The position numbers and the translations under genes are program-made. The notes below the pieces were generated by a model. The model worked only from the letters and a program-made list of their open reading frames with translations. It had not been told where the DNA came from and made no database searches. Shown here in pieces: positions 11,818-25,123 of a stretch of DNA of 64,000 nt (positions within the stretch are counted from its first letter, which is position 1; each line of letters begins with the position of its first letter). Source of the DNA: Basidiobolus meristosporus CBS 931.73. Its lineage: Eukaryota; Fungi; Basidiobolomycota. The stretch spans positions 1 through 64,000 of the forward strand of contig MCFE01000301.1 in the NCBI GenBank assembly GCA_002104905.1. Direction: 5' to 3'.

Positions 11818-13258
11818 ATGCGACCTAGACACCTCGTTTTAGGTGTACTGTCTTTATATAATTTTCCAGCCACGGCAAATGGTGCGAGCACTCAACACAG
11901 GTGTTGGGATAATGATTCTGTGGAGCTGAGCGAGTGTCTGGGTACACGAATAACTTCGTAAGTGAAACCCTAACTTACTACCACCTTCAAAGGAGCGGAA
12001 ACACCTGCAACCAATCCGATATTTATAACTCCTTGCTTTTTCGGCCAACCGACGGTCCTAGTCCTAGCGTTTCAAGTTTAAGGTTGATACGTAGGGATGA
12101 AGAGCAAAGCTCCACGATAGGTGAGCTAATTCCTGCTGAGACTGCGTTGAGCGCCCCGACCCCAACTGCGTCTGAAGTTACACCCACTTTTGACGAGAAT
12201 GCCTCCAGTACGTTGGACATTGCGCCAGGGGATGAAGCTCCCCATCCAACGGTGACACCAAATACAAGTACAAATTCTTCCAAATCATATTTCTCAGGAT
12301 ATAATGGGAATTCACTGATGCACCCTTATATTAACGATAGCTCAGTCCAAGAGCTCTAATCGAGAGCTTATCACGCCTGTACTTCCTAACCAAGTAGAAA
12401 ACTCTAAGCCTACTGAGGCCGAGAGAGGCGAACAGTCCGCAAGTGAGAACAAAGAGCTGATGGGCCTGCCATTGGGAGTAGGGATTGGGATCGTAGTTGG
12501 AATAATCGCGATCGTCTCTATTGTCGTAGGCATTTTAATCTATCTCTATTTCAGACGTCGTAGGGCTAGCCGGTGGCCAAAATCGAGCAAAGATCACCAA
12601 GGTAAGTCGCCAAACTAAGTCCGACATATTGAATCCTAAAGAGTCCTAACCAGCCGCAATAAAGGGTATATCGATCTACACGACGTCCCGTCTACTTCCC
12701 GAAAGGCTCATCCGCCCCCGGCGCTGTCCTCCTCCCCCGACGGGTATGATGGCGCCCTACACCCAAGCATGCATCCTGCGGTGATATCTGCACGTGCCAG
12801 AGTCAACAGTCAGCTATCGCTAGACCCACAGCCAGAAATGTCCGAAGGTAAGGATACCCATAGATCTTGGCCATAGATCTCGGTATCAGGTTTATTTAAC
12901 AATATTTCCAGGGTTGTCGAAAACCACCCGTGACGCTCGACCAGGTTACCCGAAGCCCACTATCTATCGCTTGTCTGTAGCCCCCATGTTGGCCAGCCAG
13001 CAGGAGCTTGGCTTGGCTTCTGGATCCTCCTCGGTAGAAAAACCTAATCCAGAGAGCCTGCCAGATTACTCGTTCGTAATGTCGGCTATATTATCTTACG
13101 TACCTCGACAAGAAGGTGAAATAGAAGTTAACGTTGGGGATGAACTGGCCATTACCGATGAAATGGGACCCGACTGGTTGATAGGGTTCAACCTGACTAC
13201 GCAATCGGTCACTGGTGGGTTCCCAAGAACATGCGTTACTGGAAATTCCTATCATTAA
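11818..13258 (+). CDS. single-pass membrane protein with S/T/P-rich ectodomain and C-terminal SH3 domain (Fus1-like architecture)
   Basis: Signal-like N-terminus MRPRHLVLGVLSLYNFPATANG, an S/T/P-rich stalk, a TM segment LGVGIGIVVGIIAIVSIVVGILIYLYF followed by RRRR, and an SH3 domain (AILSYVPRQEGEIEVNVGD..DWLIG..GGFPRTCV). Confidence 0.85.
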
Positions 13259-13968
13259 CTGCAAAAGCTGGCTGCTTCTGTGACATAGCCACCATGGATT
13301 CATCATATTTATTCAACCCACCATCCCCTTTACTCGCTACATACACCTTGTTTATCTCGGCTTTTTGTATAGATCTGTAATAAACATATCCTCTTTACTG
13401 ACCCAATTCGAAGTCTTTGTGGAATCAGGTTTGGTCCCAGGGGAAGCGGCTATTCAGAAAGGCAATAGGGATCACAGCCACAAGTTTTTGGCAACCTAGA
13501 CAGCGATTCACTGGGAAGGTCATCTGAGACACAATATTGCCAAACCAGTCGCGCGTTGTGACACCATTTCGTTGATAAATCACCGTCACGTGTCAGCGGC
13601 CGAACTCTGGATTGAATGCTAGCCCCATTGTTATAATCAGCAAACCTACATGCAAACAATGTACGAAGTTGGTTCTTGTTTGCACTGCTGCGTGACTGGG
13701 TCGATTTTGGGAATTCGAGAGCATTTAAGTAGCCAATAGACACGCTGCTGAGTATGTAGTAGGATCATTCATCAATGATGTGATCAATCATCTAGTGCCA
13801 ATTTGTATATATTGAGTGGACCGTCCAATTTTTTACTAATTTGATTCTGATGTATTCCTGCTAGTTTTCTATACAACATTGATGGCTTGCTAAATCATTC
13901 GACTCTCGTACACCTTTTAAAAGAGCTTCGCGCATACATCACCCATTTGTGTCTTTATAGAAAGCCTG

Positions 13969-15176
13969 ATGAGATCAACTGACCATCCATCTGCCTCGCA
14001 AGCTCCTTCGATAGAAGTAAACCCTTCTCCAACCCTGACAAGTGCCTCAACCTCGTTTGAACCTACTCTTCATTCACCTGAAGCCCCTCCACGCATTTCC
14101 AGAGAATCCACTGAAACGTCGCAAACCAATGTTTCCCCCCTCAACGAAGAGCGAAACTGGCTCGCAAATGCTCCACAACAATACCGAGCTCTACCACGAT
14201 ATTCACGAATCCTGTTTATCTTATCGCTTTTGTTGACCTTGGCACAGGTACCCTTGTCGTGGTGTTCCTTCTCGAACTCGGACTAACGTTGGTTTCTATA
14301 CGTATCTAGATCATTACCATCATCTGCGTTCTAGGAATTGCCGGGTCCCAGCCTTGCGAGTCCATGTTCCGTTTCTATCTGATAGCGAGTGTGGTTCGAC
14401 ACCTCTTAAGCATACCGTTGATGGGGGTCTATTACCTACACCCAGAGGGGCATAATACCCATTGCCCGACCACCCTATTTTTGAGTTGGGTGTGTCGCGT
14501 CCGAAGTATACTGAACTTCTTCGGAACCATGTTGTTCCTGTTTGGGAATTACATCATTTTCACGAGCCTATATTGTTCCTCTGGTTCTCCAGCCATGTAT
14601 GGATTGACTCTCGCCCTGATCATTCTTGGGTATCTGAGGTTCATCATCCCAGCAATCCTGTGTGCAGCAGTGATATGTCTACCATGTCTTATTGTTGTTC
14701 TAAGGGCACTGAATATCGCCGAGGTATTGGAGACTGGTGCCAATCTGGAGAGCATAGCGAAGTTAAATATTGTGAGATACCGCAAAGCCGAACCAGAAAC
14801 CACCACCTCGGGTAAAGATTCCACCGACGTTCTACATGTTACGACACCACTGCCTGTTGCTAATCGCCGCAATCCATTCACCCGGGTGCTGCTCAAAGTG
14901 TTCCGTCGGAACAAAAAGGAAAGTCAGCAGGTGGTGGATGTGGAGAAAGGCGAAGCGAAGGATGGCTGTAAGGTGGTCCAGTTATCTGATGAGGACGCGG
15001 TGTGTTGCATCTGCTTGGAAGAGTATGTCGACGGGGAGAAACTACGGGAGATGAGATGTGCTCACTATTTCCATGTATCATGTATCGACGAATGGTTACA
15101 GCTGAATCGGACCTGCCCATTATGTAAACGAGATATGGAGTTTGCCGAAGGCAGCAGTCCGGCGACGCACAGTTAG
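13969..15176 (+). CDS. multi-pass membrane RING-H2 E3 ubiquitin ligase
   Basis: Several hydrophobic helices followed by the RING-H2 CCICLEEYVDGEKLREMRCAHYFHVSCIDEWLQLNRTCPLC. Confidence 0.9.
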
Positions 15177-15756
15177 GACGCGTGACCATGAATTCTTAAT
15201 TGATTTAAGCGTAATATGGCGGAAGTATCTTCGAACTTCCGAATATGCCAATGTAAATACCTGCATAACTTCCTGTCTAAACTATTTGAAAACCGAATCT
15301 TAACCATACTGTATGCTTTAGTGATGTGATTCATTTTGTACCCACCCCTCACCCCCTCCTCTCCACTTTCGCAACACACATATGTTAAATATACCATGAA
15401 TGAACAATTCCTATCATATGCCACGATGCCTGTGATTTACTAAGCAAGAAAACTCAATCCAGTCGATTGCCAACCGCAGTCAAATCCCCCCGCCGACTCA
15501 AGCCTTGAAGGTTGGTCCGTTATGGACATAATCTAACCACATCAATGAGCGTGAGGAAGCCAACTCGCCGGGTAATGTATCCACCATACGAGATCGAATA
15601 CCGGTTGATCTACAATGCGTTCTATCGGGAACAGGATGGAACGATTTATTTGTCTACCAAGCGATAGGTATATATATACATCAGTCTATGTGATTCGCTA
15701 CAAACTTGCACTTCAGATGCGAAATAAGCTAATCCGTCAAGGGGAATAAACAAATG

Positions 15757-17000
15757 CTACAGACAGCTCGGTGGGCTCGCTGTGGCGTGGGTGTGTTGAG
15801 GGAGGGTTTTTGTTGCGGTCTTGTAATCGGAATAGAAGTCGAGCTGGCTCAGGTAATCAGAGGTGTCAATTTCCGGGTAGTGCTGGTTCACCATCTGTCC
15901 GGCTGTGATTAGTTTCTCCACGAGTGACTCAATTCCAGGCTGTCGAACTTACCGATAGGAACCGCGTCCTGCTGTAGGAATAGTTCAGCGCGCAGAGGAT
16001 CTCATGAATCTATCGGCAGAAGTCGAGTTAGTTGGTCCGTGGATTCTACACTCTCCGGGCACTTACCTTGCTTCTCAGCTCAGACTCTCCACACGATTGG
16101 AAGTAGTCCTTGATCACAACGAACCGTTCCCGATCGATTCTGCATTCCTCCAGCCTAGCAATGATATCCTCGGACTTCGCGGGGGCGGGCTCTTGCGCTT
16201 CGTCGTCCTCGGCGCCATCTTTCAGCGGGTATATCATTTGCTGTTCGGCAAAGGTAGGCTTGCGATCCTAAATGGTGCGGCGTGAGTCGACATCAATATC
16301 GCGATAGAGGTTGGGGCTACCTTGTATTTACGGTGGCGAATCCACCTCCTCCGCCGGACAAAGGACCTAAAGAATCGGAAATCCCCTTGAGGATGATCCG
16401 TATTAGGGATCTAGCTGAAACCCATGTGATGGACGTTTCGATTTACCGTGCCACGACTGACATTGAAAGATGAAGGCGTACTCCCAGCCGTCTTCGTCCA
16501 CATCCCCAGACATGTCGATATGCCAGTACGGGTCGGCCTGGTAGAAAGGGCAAACTTCAGCTTTAGGATTCGGTGAGAGGAGATGGTGCAGCGAGTCACT
16601 TACCCAAACCCAGCTCGGGTCTGGCAATTGGGCCGAGTGGATATCTACCGGTGAGAAGCTAGCGTAGCAAAGGGGTTTGTTAGGTGAGTCGTGGTGTCCG
16701 GTCAGGCAAGTGTGCAGCTACCGTTGATATTCGTCGGTCCAAGGCGGGTTATCAAAGGGATTCAACCTAATTGGAGAAAACAATCAGCCTCGTCAACTAT
16801 GGTCTTTGGAAGGTAGCTGACGAAAGGTACATCTTGTAGCTGAAATGAGGGGTACCACATATCCACAATCTGTAAATACGGACTCTGTGTTTAGTAACCT
16901 GGGGGAGCAGGGGGCTTCTCCAGAGAGGAACTGACCCTCGTTGGTTCTCGTAGAGTATCTCTACTTTCGTGGTGGGCTCTTCGTCTTCCGGAAGGGACAT
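15757..17000 (-). CDS. SPO73: dysferlin-domain (DysF/Pex24p-like) protein, Spo73/Mug65 type
   Basis: Exons encode EILYENQRG, WVWVSD..DPYWHIDMSGDVDEDGWEYAF..WHG, FVRRRRWIRHR, IDRER and LDFYSD. Confidence 0.8.
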
Positions 17001-17583
17001 GTCGGGCTTCCCGAACGTGTGGGACAAACTTGTTTTGAACGAACGAAGGTTGAGTGAAGGAGGCGGTTGACAGAGAGGAAAAGGGAGGACTGATGAATGA
17101 GTCAATGCAATGTTGATCGAATAATATAGGCGATGCTATTTCACATGTACACGCCTGCACCCAGACACCCATTTTATCATGATTGTAACAAATCTTCATT
17201 ATTCGATCATTCTTTTCAGAAGACACACTCGGGATGTGATCTAGCTATTTGAAGCATCCTTCGAGCTGCGATCCAGGTGATCAGTCCTCGCGTTGGCTGA
17301 TCGGCAAATGTCCCGAAATGATATGTGAAGTCATGTTATACAATCACTCTAACCAGCTCAACCTTGACCTTGACCTCAACCTCGACCTCAGCCTCATCAG
17401 TTAAATGGCGATTCGGATCACATGAGGGGATTGTTAAACCAACTTTGATCAAGAGAGTAGAAAATTTAACCGAAATCACGGGCTCATCCCTACCTCAAAC
17501 TATTTATTGATGGCGCTTGGTTAGCTGGCCATTTTTTTCGAGAGTGTATCGTTTGATTTCTGCTCTGAACCTCGCAAGGAGAA

Positions 17584-19918
17584 ATGTCGAAAGAACGCGT
17601 CTCCTACTACTACGACGGTAAGTTTGGTCGTATTTCACGCCACCCTTCCAGCCGACTGAACCTCTCCCCCTTAGCCGATGTGGGAAACTACACCTACGGC
17701 CCTGGGCATCCAATGAAGCCCCATCGCATGAGAATGACCCATAATCTGGTCGTGAACTACGGCCTGCACAAGAAGATGGAGATCTTGGTGAATACCCAGC
17801 GGAAAGCTATCTTCGACCTGAACCAGTGCTAAATTCCCTCCTTTCTCCCATACCGGACATCCCATCTACGCGATATCCTTCTCTAGAGACCACCCCGTGC
17901 CAGCAAAAGCCAAATGACCCGGTTCCACTCGGACGAATACATCGACTTCCTGCAGAAAGTCACCACGGAGAATATGGACAACCTGGTGGCTCACCAAAAT
18001 AGATGTAAGCAGCCTGCACTCTCGTCTCCATTCATAGTCGACCAGGAACTAACCAGTGTTGGTGGCCGGTGGTAGTCCTCTCGGGAGATGATTGTCCAGT
18101 CTTCGACGGTCTCTACGAGTTTTGCTCCATTTCCGCCGGTGGCTCTATCGGTAAGCAACCCCATACTAGCCACTGCGGTCGCCAGGGGTCCTCGCTGACC
18201 GCTGGCCCGCATGCAAACCGCCGTTTTGGGGGCATGTTTGGTAAACGATTGATTCTCTTTAGCCGGCGCGAACAAGCTCAACAGAGGGGAGTCCGACATC
18301 GTTATCAACTGGTCGGGTGGATTGCACCATGCCAAAAAGACGGAGGCCTCTGGCTTCTGCTACGTGAACGATATCGTATTGGCCATCTTGGAGTTACTAA
18401 GGTGAGGCACGTGATGACGGGTCGGTTCCGAACAAACGACTAACCAAGCTGGTAACTCGTCCAACTCCACCCCACCTGCAGACACCACCAAAGGGTTCTC
18501 TATATCGACATCGACTGTCATCATGGAGATGGCGTCGAAGAGGCCTTCTATACCACCGATCGAGTCATGTCAGTTTCCTTCCACAAATATGGAGAATATT
18601 TCCCAGGGACCGGTGATCTTGACGTACGTTCTGCCTCGAGAACCTACCCCGATTTCTGTTACTTACCTCCATGGGATCATGTAGGACATTGGAATCGGCA
18701 AAGGGAAGAACTACGCGGTGAACTTCCCGTTGCGCGACGGCATCGACGACGAGTCTTACAAAGTGGTCTTCGAGTCGGTAAGTGCGCAGTGAAGTGGCCC
18801 GCCCCGCTTGGCTCCCGCCGACTAAACCGGATTCATAGGTGATCAGCCATGTGATGGAGTGGTACAGGCCAGGTGCAGTGGTAATGCAATGTGGAACCGA
18901 CTCCCTTGCCGGCGACAGACTAGGCTGCTTCAACCTGTCGATGAAAGGTGAGTCAGAGCGAGATTTTTTGGGAGCCCAACCAACCGACACCTAACCTAGC
19001 AACATCCCATCGTCAGGCCACGGACACTGCGTCAAATTCATGAGGACGTTCAACGTCCCGCTCATCTTTGTAGGTGGTGGCGGATACACCATCCGAAACG
19101 TGTCTCGAACCTGGGCTTACGAAACAGGGGTCATCCTGAACGAGGAGTTGGACGAGAACCTGCCCTACAACGATTACTACGAGTACTTCGGGCCTGATTA
19201 CAAGCTCGGCGTCCCGTCGAACAACATGGAGAACCTCAACACACGTGAGTACCTGGAGAAGATCCGCACGAAGGTCATCGAGAACTTGAGACAGATCCCG
19301 TTCGCGCCATCGGTTCAGATGCAAGAGGTGCCCAGGGACTTCTCCTCTGACGAAGAGGAGGAAGCCGACCCCGACGTCCGAGTCAGTACGCAGCAGTATG
19401 ATGCTCGGGTGGTGCCGGAGACCGAATTGTCCGACTCCGATGATGACGACCATCGTCGCGACGAAACCAACCACAAAGATCAAGGCTCCCGCTCCTCCAG
19501 AAGAACCCGTAAGCGAACATCCAGGGAGCGGAGTCGCAAGACGGCCAAGCCTGCGGAGCCAAAAGACTACTCGGTCAAGTCGGAGCACTCCGGCTTCCCC
19601 CTCACGGGATCCTCCACCCGGTTCGACAAGGACAGCAGCTTCGTGGAAGAGGAGGAGGAGTCATCAGGCAAGGCTGCCCCAACCGCCGATCGTCACCCAA
19701 TCGTCCGCGATTCGAACGCCGTCACGGTCAAGTCCGAGCCGGATGATGAACACAAGATGGACGTTGACGAGGAATTGGAAACGGAAGATGACGGTGATGG
19801 TGATGGTGATGGGGAGGTTCAGAGCGGGGCCGAGCCCGCTAGGGATCCCAGCGCACAAACCCCCACGCCGATGGAGGTGGAGGTGGAGACCCCCGACCAC
19901 CAATCCGCCCAGCAATGA
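17584..19918 (+). CDS. RPD3: class I histone deacetylase (Rpd3/HDAC1)
   Basis: [34 protein letters not shown]-type exon, [40 protein letters not shown], and an acidic C-terminal tail. Confidence 0.97.
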
Positions 19919-20083
19919 AGTGATTTTGATAGACTGAAAGAGAGAAAGAGAAAGCGAGCGAGCCAAGCCCTTATACTTTGGAATAACTACCGATGCGAAT
20001 GTTATTTTGTGTACAGTGATTACAACCATGAGTTCAATAAATCTTTTATTTCCAATCGTTTCTCGCGTGGGTAACCTGTGTGT

Positions 20084-21145
20084 CTACTCCACCCGATGGT
20101 TCGCCTGTTGCTCCGCCGCCGGGGTTTTGTGGTCGGAGGGGTTGGCGGCCAACTCGTAGATAGTGATGATGGGATCTTCGTTAATCTGGTGCGGGTGCGG
20201 GTGCGGACGCGGGCGAATGGTCAGTCAAGGTTCTAGAAGGGCTACCCTTGGGTCGCTTACCTCTGTCCAATCCCCCTTGAAGCCAAGGTACGTGATGACG
20301 GTGGTGTCTTCTCCGTAGTTTTCCGGGAAATACAAAGTGATACTACGGACACTGGTGAACTTGGTGATCCTTTTGCGAAAGGAGGGGAGGGAGAACGCTC
20401 GGTCAGTCACGAACGGGCTGCATGCACGCTTTGGTTCCCTCCATACCTGGTGGCGTATTCAACCACATCCTTGTGTGCCTCCGCCTGCACAAGGTCCCAC
20501 TCCTGGGTTGGGGTCATGGAGTCGGCGTTATCGAAGTCCACATCCTCTCGGTTGATGATCCTGCGTGAATTGCCAGGGCTCGTTAGCAGCGTGGTCGAGT
20601 GAGTGGAGGGTAGGGGTAGGGGTAGAGGTAGAGGTGGGGTGGGGGCGGAAAGTGCGACTGTTCAAACGTACGCTTTCATCTTGGCCGGGCTTTTTTCCCC
20701 GGGGCCGCCTCGGATGGAGATGGACTTCAGCTTGACACTTCCGGTGAAGCTAAAACGCAGAGCAGTTCTAGTTGGGTGGCTTTCCTCAATTCTTGGTGGG
20801 TGGGCACTTACGGGATATAGATGATCAGTTGCTCGTCGCAGTCACTTTCTACAAACTAAACGCAACAAAGGTCAATGAACTTTCCTCCGGGGGGTCACGT
20901 GCACGGAGTGGGGGAAGTTGGCCTCTGATAATAACCTTGGTTGTATCGAGCCGCTCGTGCCAGGGTTTGAACACCCGACGAGCCGCGCCTGGCTCACTCT
21001 CGTTCAGGCACCGAACCCGATCGACGTCAATCTTGGAAAACAGTGTATCTTTGAGCGCGGCCTCAACATCGTCATCATGATCGTGGTCGTGGTGATGATG
21101 GTGGTGGTGGTCGTCCTCGTGTGCTTCGTCTCTACAATGCTGCAT
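20084..21145 (-). CDS. PITHD1: PITH-domain protein with His-rich N-terminus
   Basis: HHHHHHHDHDH N-terminus, LFSKIDVDRVRCLNESEPG..VFKPWHERLDTT, SITLYFPENYGEDTTVITYLGFKGDWTE, and IITIYELAANPSDHK. Confidence 0.9.
20607..20640. repeat. (GGGGTA/GAGGTA)n microsatellite in a PITHD1 intron
   Basis: ggggtaggggtaggggtagaggtagaggtgggg. Confidence 0.7.
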
Positions 21146-21317
21146 ACCTGTGTGATCAGAAAAGAATGGGTCGAAGAGGAGATTTATTGATTAGGTAATG
21201 ACGTAGCATTCGATGGTTAACATGAAAGAATCTTTATTCATTAAACACACACTATATTAACCACGAGATCGAATCGAATAGAACGGGGAGGGGGAGGAAA
21301 TGTGATTAGATTGTTGA

Positions 21318-23020
21318 TTAAATATTCACATCAAGGGCGGAAAGATACTCAGCGACGAACTGGGATGCATTCATGTATTGTGCGTGCTCGTATTTCTTGT
21401 AGATTCCGATGTGCTGCTCCGGTGTCTTGAGGCGGAGTAGCAACTCACGCACACATGGAAGCAACGCCGACTTTTCAAATCCAGAATAGTGTATGTGTGT
21501 CGTTGTCTATATGGGAGAGAGAGAGAGAGAGGAGCGGTAAATGTAAATACATAGGAATACTTGACAAACGTAACGCCGAACTTACCCATGTCGCTTTCCC
21601 CAGCATCCTCATGGCCAGATAGTATCCCGCAGCAGCAATCATGGAAGGGGAGTACTTGATGAAGGACTCGTACATGATGGTGACTTCGATAAGGTACTTG
21701 GCCAACGTTCTAGTCTGCGGATCATAATGATCTGCCTTGGAAATTCGGCGCAAAAAGCTGAGTGGGCCTGGAAACCCTAGCTCGTAATTCAATAAATTGA
21801 TCATGAACTTCTCAGCATTCTTCAACTCCTCGCAGGTGTAGGTTCCAGACACCATGTATATCATCTCGTTGATGGTTGGCGCAGAAACTTCCTCATACTT
21901 GGCTGCGATGAATAAAGCAGTGGTGCCGACTAGCTGGAACTTTTCGATGGAAACCTCCTTCAGCGAGAGAAATCTATCAATGTAGTTCACACTGAGAAAC
22001 AATGTTTCCTGAAGCATTCTGAAGCGTTCATGAACCTGAACCAGCCAGTCCAATAAGATGCCTCGCATGTGCCATTGAAGCTCTGATTGGAAGCTCATGT
22101 AATCTGGGTTGGGCTTTAGCTTCAGCTACAAAAAACACCCATTCAATCAAGTGTTGCTCGGCATATACGGATAAATGAATAAGGTTACCTCGAGCTCCTT
22201 CCAATAAGCAAATATGTCATCAGCATAATCCGACACCATGGATACATCATTTCTGTCCATCTCCTCTACCAAACTTACGGCCGGATCCAACTCATCACCA
22301 CAGGACGAATTGGTCTCCGACTCCATGTCAATAAATTCATCGAACTCGACTACTGGTCGACTGCTAGATTGAGTATCTTCTGGAATTAATAACGGTTCCT
22401 GATTATGTACGATATGAGAAGATTCATCTGAGACTGGACTGGAAGCTCGATCACTGTGGCATAATGTTTCTTCCTCATCCTGTGTTACTGATGCAGAGTC
22501 CCCATCATTGCCTCCTAAAGGGGAATTATCTACTTCGTCTATCTCGGGCTCTTCCGAGCGCATTGATGCTGTTTCTTCTTGTTGAGAAATAGATGAAAAT
22601 CCGTTGTCAACTTGGGTCTGGGAGGTCTCCCTCTCTTCGACCCCCGTTACCTCTTCTTCTGGCTCCTCGGGAGGTGCCTGCGAGCAAAGACCCCGCTTTT
22701 TTGAAGTTGTGGTACTTTTTCCTTGAGCCCTAGCTGCCTTTGAGGGAATTAGGAATTACCATTCATTAAATTTGTTTGACCATTCTTTTCGGTTCCAACA
22801 CTACCTGAGTGTTGCTAACATCTGCGAGAATACGTCTAGAGCCTGTAGCAGCGCTAGCACCTCTTGAGGTCGCTGTCAGCGTGGAGGGACCGCTATGCTC
22901 CTCCGAGACAAAAGTTCTATTCGTCAAGACCTTGACAAAGAAAATTGGTCAGCAAATTTTTCTGAGCAAAAGGCAGCCCTTACAAAAAGGGAGGATAATG
23001 CATACTTGAACTGATTCCAT
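21318..23020 (-). CDS. B-type cyclin
   Basis: Cyclin box MRGILLDWLVQVHERFRMLQETLFLSVNYIDRFLS..FQLVGTTALFIAAKYEE, PLSFLRRISKAD, and an N-terminal low-complexity region with an RRILADVSN destruction-box-like motif. Confidence 0.95.
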
Positions 23021-23772
23021 GGCAAAAGCTAACTATGTTTGCCTTGTAGTTCGATGTTAAGAGGGTGATGAAATACACCTTTTAGAGGTGAATTACCACA
23101 CTGCCTAGTTGCGATTGAAAAGCGGGTACAATGGAGGGAATTTACGAAGGGTACGAATGTGAGAGTTTAGAGTAACGGATACTATCAGTATTTGGAAGAA
23201 TCGTATATGGCCAGATAATGGCCTCAACTTGGCGAGTATACGGAGATACGTGAACACTCATAAAAATAGTTCACTAACCCCCTCCCCTGCTCATGGCAAC
23301 GTTGTTTTGATCTTGTTAAATTAACCTCTTGTTTTGCTTTCTGATCAATATCAGCCAAAATCCAATCTTCACTGGCTACTAATCATGATAAGGTTAGGTG
23401 GTATTTAATTTAATCAGTATACCGATGAACACTTCGAAGGATAAATCAATTCATTCCTCAAGAGATGTGAAGTCGCTAAAGATCATGTATGTTCTAATCG
23501 ACTCATCTACGTTTCTTAGTTGACATTGTATTGATAATTTGGCTTTACTTCGACCCATTGATTACATATGGTTTCATTTTTGATTTGAATATTGATGAAT
23601 TGTGTACTATGACATATCGCTTATTTGAAGGGAGCTCCCTCCTCTGTGACTGCTATCAATTATTATGAATTTCTTGTACTACTCTTAGCCTTCATTCATT
23701 ACGATATTACGTTCAAGACTCGGGGTAATTATTCCTAATGACCATCAACATGTCTCCTATCAATGGCCGAGC

Positions 23773-24830
23773 TTAATGCGCAAATAATGACTTCAAAATA
23801 TCCGCCTCCGCCTGTAAAGATCTAAAGAGAGATGTCAAGCGATGCACGGCGTCCATAAAAACAATCCATTCGTACCTTCTCAAGCTGAAGCATTGCAAAA
23901 CCCATTCCCCACTTGAGTTTGATTTCCACAGAGTGTTCTTTTGCAACACACCAATTATTCGGTAGGGAGGATCAGATGCTCTCGAAAGAGACAAAGTAAC
24001 ATTTCTATCCATCTCCCAAAAATAACAGTGCAATGAAGGTTGTGGCCGTTTGCCGGCGCCAGGTTTTGGTAAGGCATTACAGACATCAAACTCTCTGAGA
24101 CGAGGATTTCTATGTCGGTCCCCAGCCAACGAATAAACCATTGCTAGAATAATGGATTCCAAGACTAAGAAACCTGTCCAATTACACTTTCATATCGTCC
24201 CTACCATAGAGCTCGACAAGGATAGGCTTGGATATCATGACTGTTTCAGGATCGCGAAATCTTGTCAGCTCCTCCAGAGAATGGCAAGTTAACATTCGAT
24301 GTGGTCGCAAAGCTTTTAAACCAAGTGGCACTTGTGGGGTGAGTGACTATGCCAAAAAAGAGGTATACTACAATTAACCACTACTATCAGGAGCATGAGT
24401 ATCAGACGAGGACTCTGTGTACCTGAGTTGGGGCCACAGTTTCTGTAGGTATCTCTGCCTCTATAGAAAACATTAAATTTGCGTTGACTCGTTTATCCAC
24501 CTAACATAGTAAGGTAAGCTACATCACTCATATATCTATAAAAGATAGAGATTACTTGTCTTGCGGCGATACCGGTTTCGTTTGTTCCTACACAGTTTTA
24601 ATTTTAACTCGATATGCTCCGTTGAACCGATAGGGACTTTGGCCACTGACCGTGTTGAAGAAACATGGGTTGCACACCGGAACCATAATACTTTAAATTA
24701 CTCATCATTGACCAACTATAAAGAAGCAATAGAACAAAACACACTATTATTAAATGAATTTATTCAAGCATTGAGTCGCCTCGGTATAGCCAATCAATTT
24801 TTGAGTAAATGCAATACCGATTTCAGACAT
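23773..24830 (-). CDS. hypothetical multi-exon protein, possible PH-like C-terminal fold
   Basis: Four phase-consistent introns give MSEI/VLWFRCATHVSSTRSVAKVPIGSTEHIELKLKLCRNKRNRYRRKT/KAEIPTETVAPTQ/SLTPQVPLGLKALRPHRMLTCHSLEELTRFRDPETVMISKPILVELY/AMVYSLAG.., joining the 129-aa ORF. Head-to-head with eIF6. Confidence 0.6.
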
Positions 24831-25123
24831 CGTGATCCATGTCAGCTGCGTACTGGAATGTTCATTGTGCAAACTGCTTACAAACTTCTATTTTTGCATG
24901 TGGTGAGAGAGATTGCGGACTGGAATTTATGGAGATATGAAATACATATTCTACGGTTGTGATTGCGAACACTTCCGTAGCAAATATCCGATTTTTGATC
25001 ACTGCTTTTTTTTTCTCGCAGTTTTTTTTCTATTATAAAACTAACTCACAAATGAGTATTAAATTCCCAGTTGTATTAAGATAGCTTATCTTTTTCTGTT
25101 CCTTTACCAGTTTTCCTTACATC

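Noticed and set aside
13450-13743. 97-aa minus-strand ORF between the SH3 and RING genes
   Set aside because: It has a non-ATG start, no motifs and no convincing splice chain.
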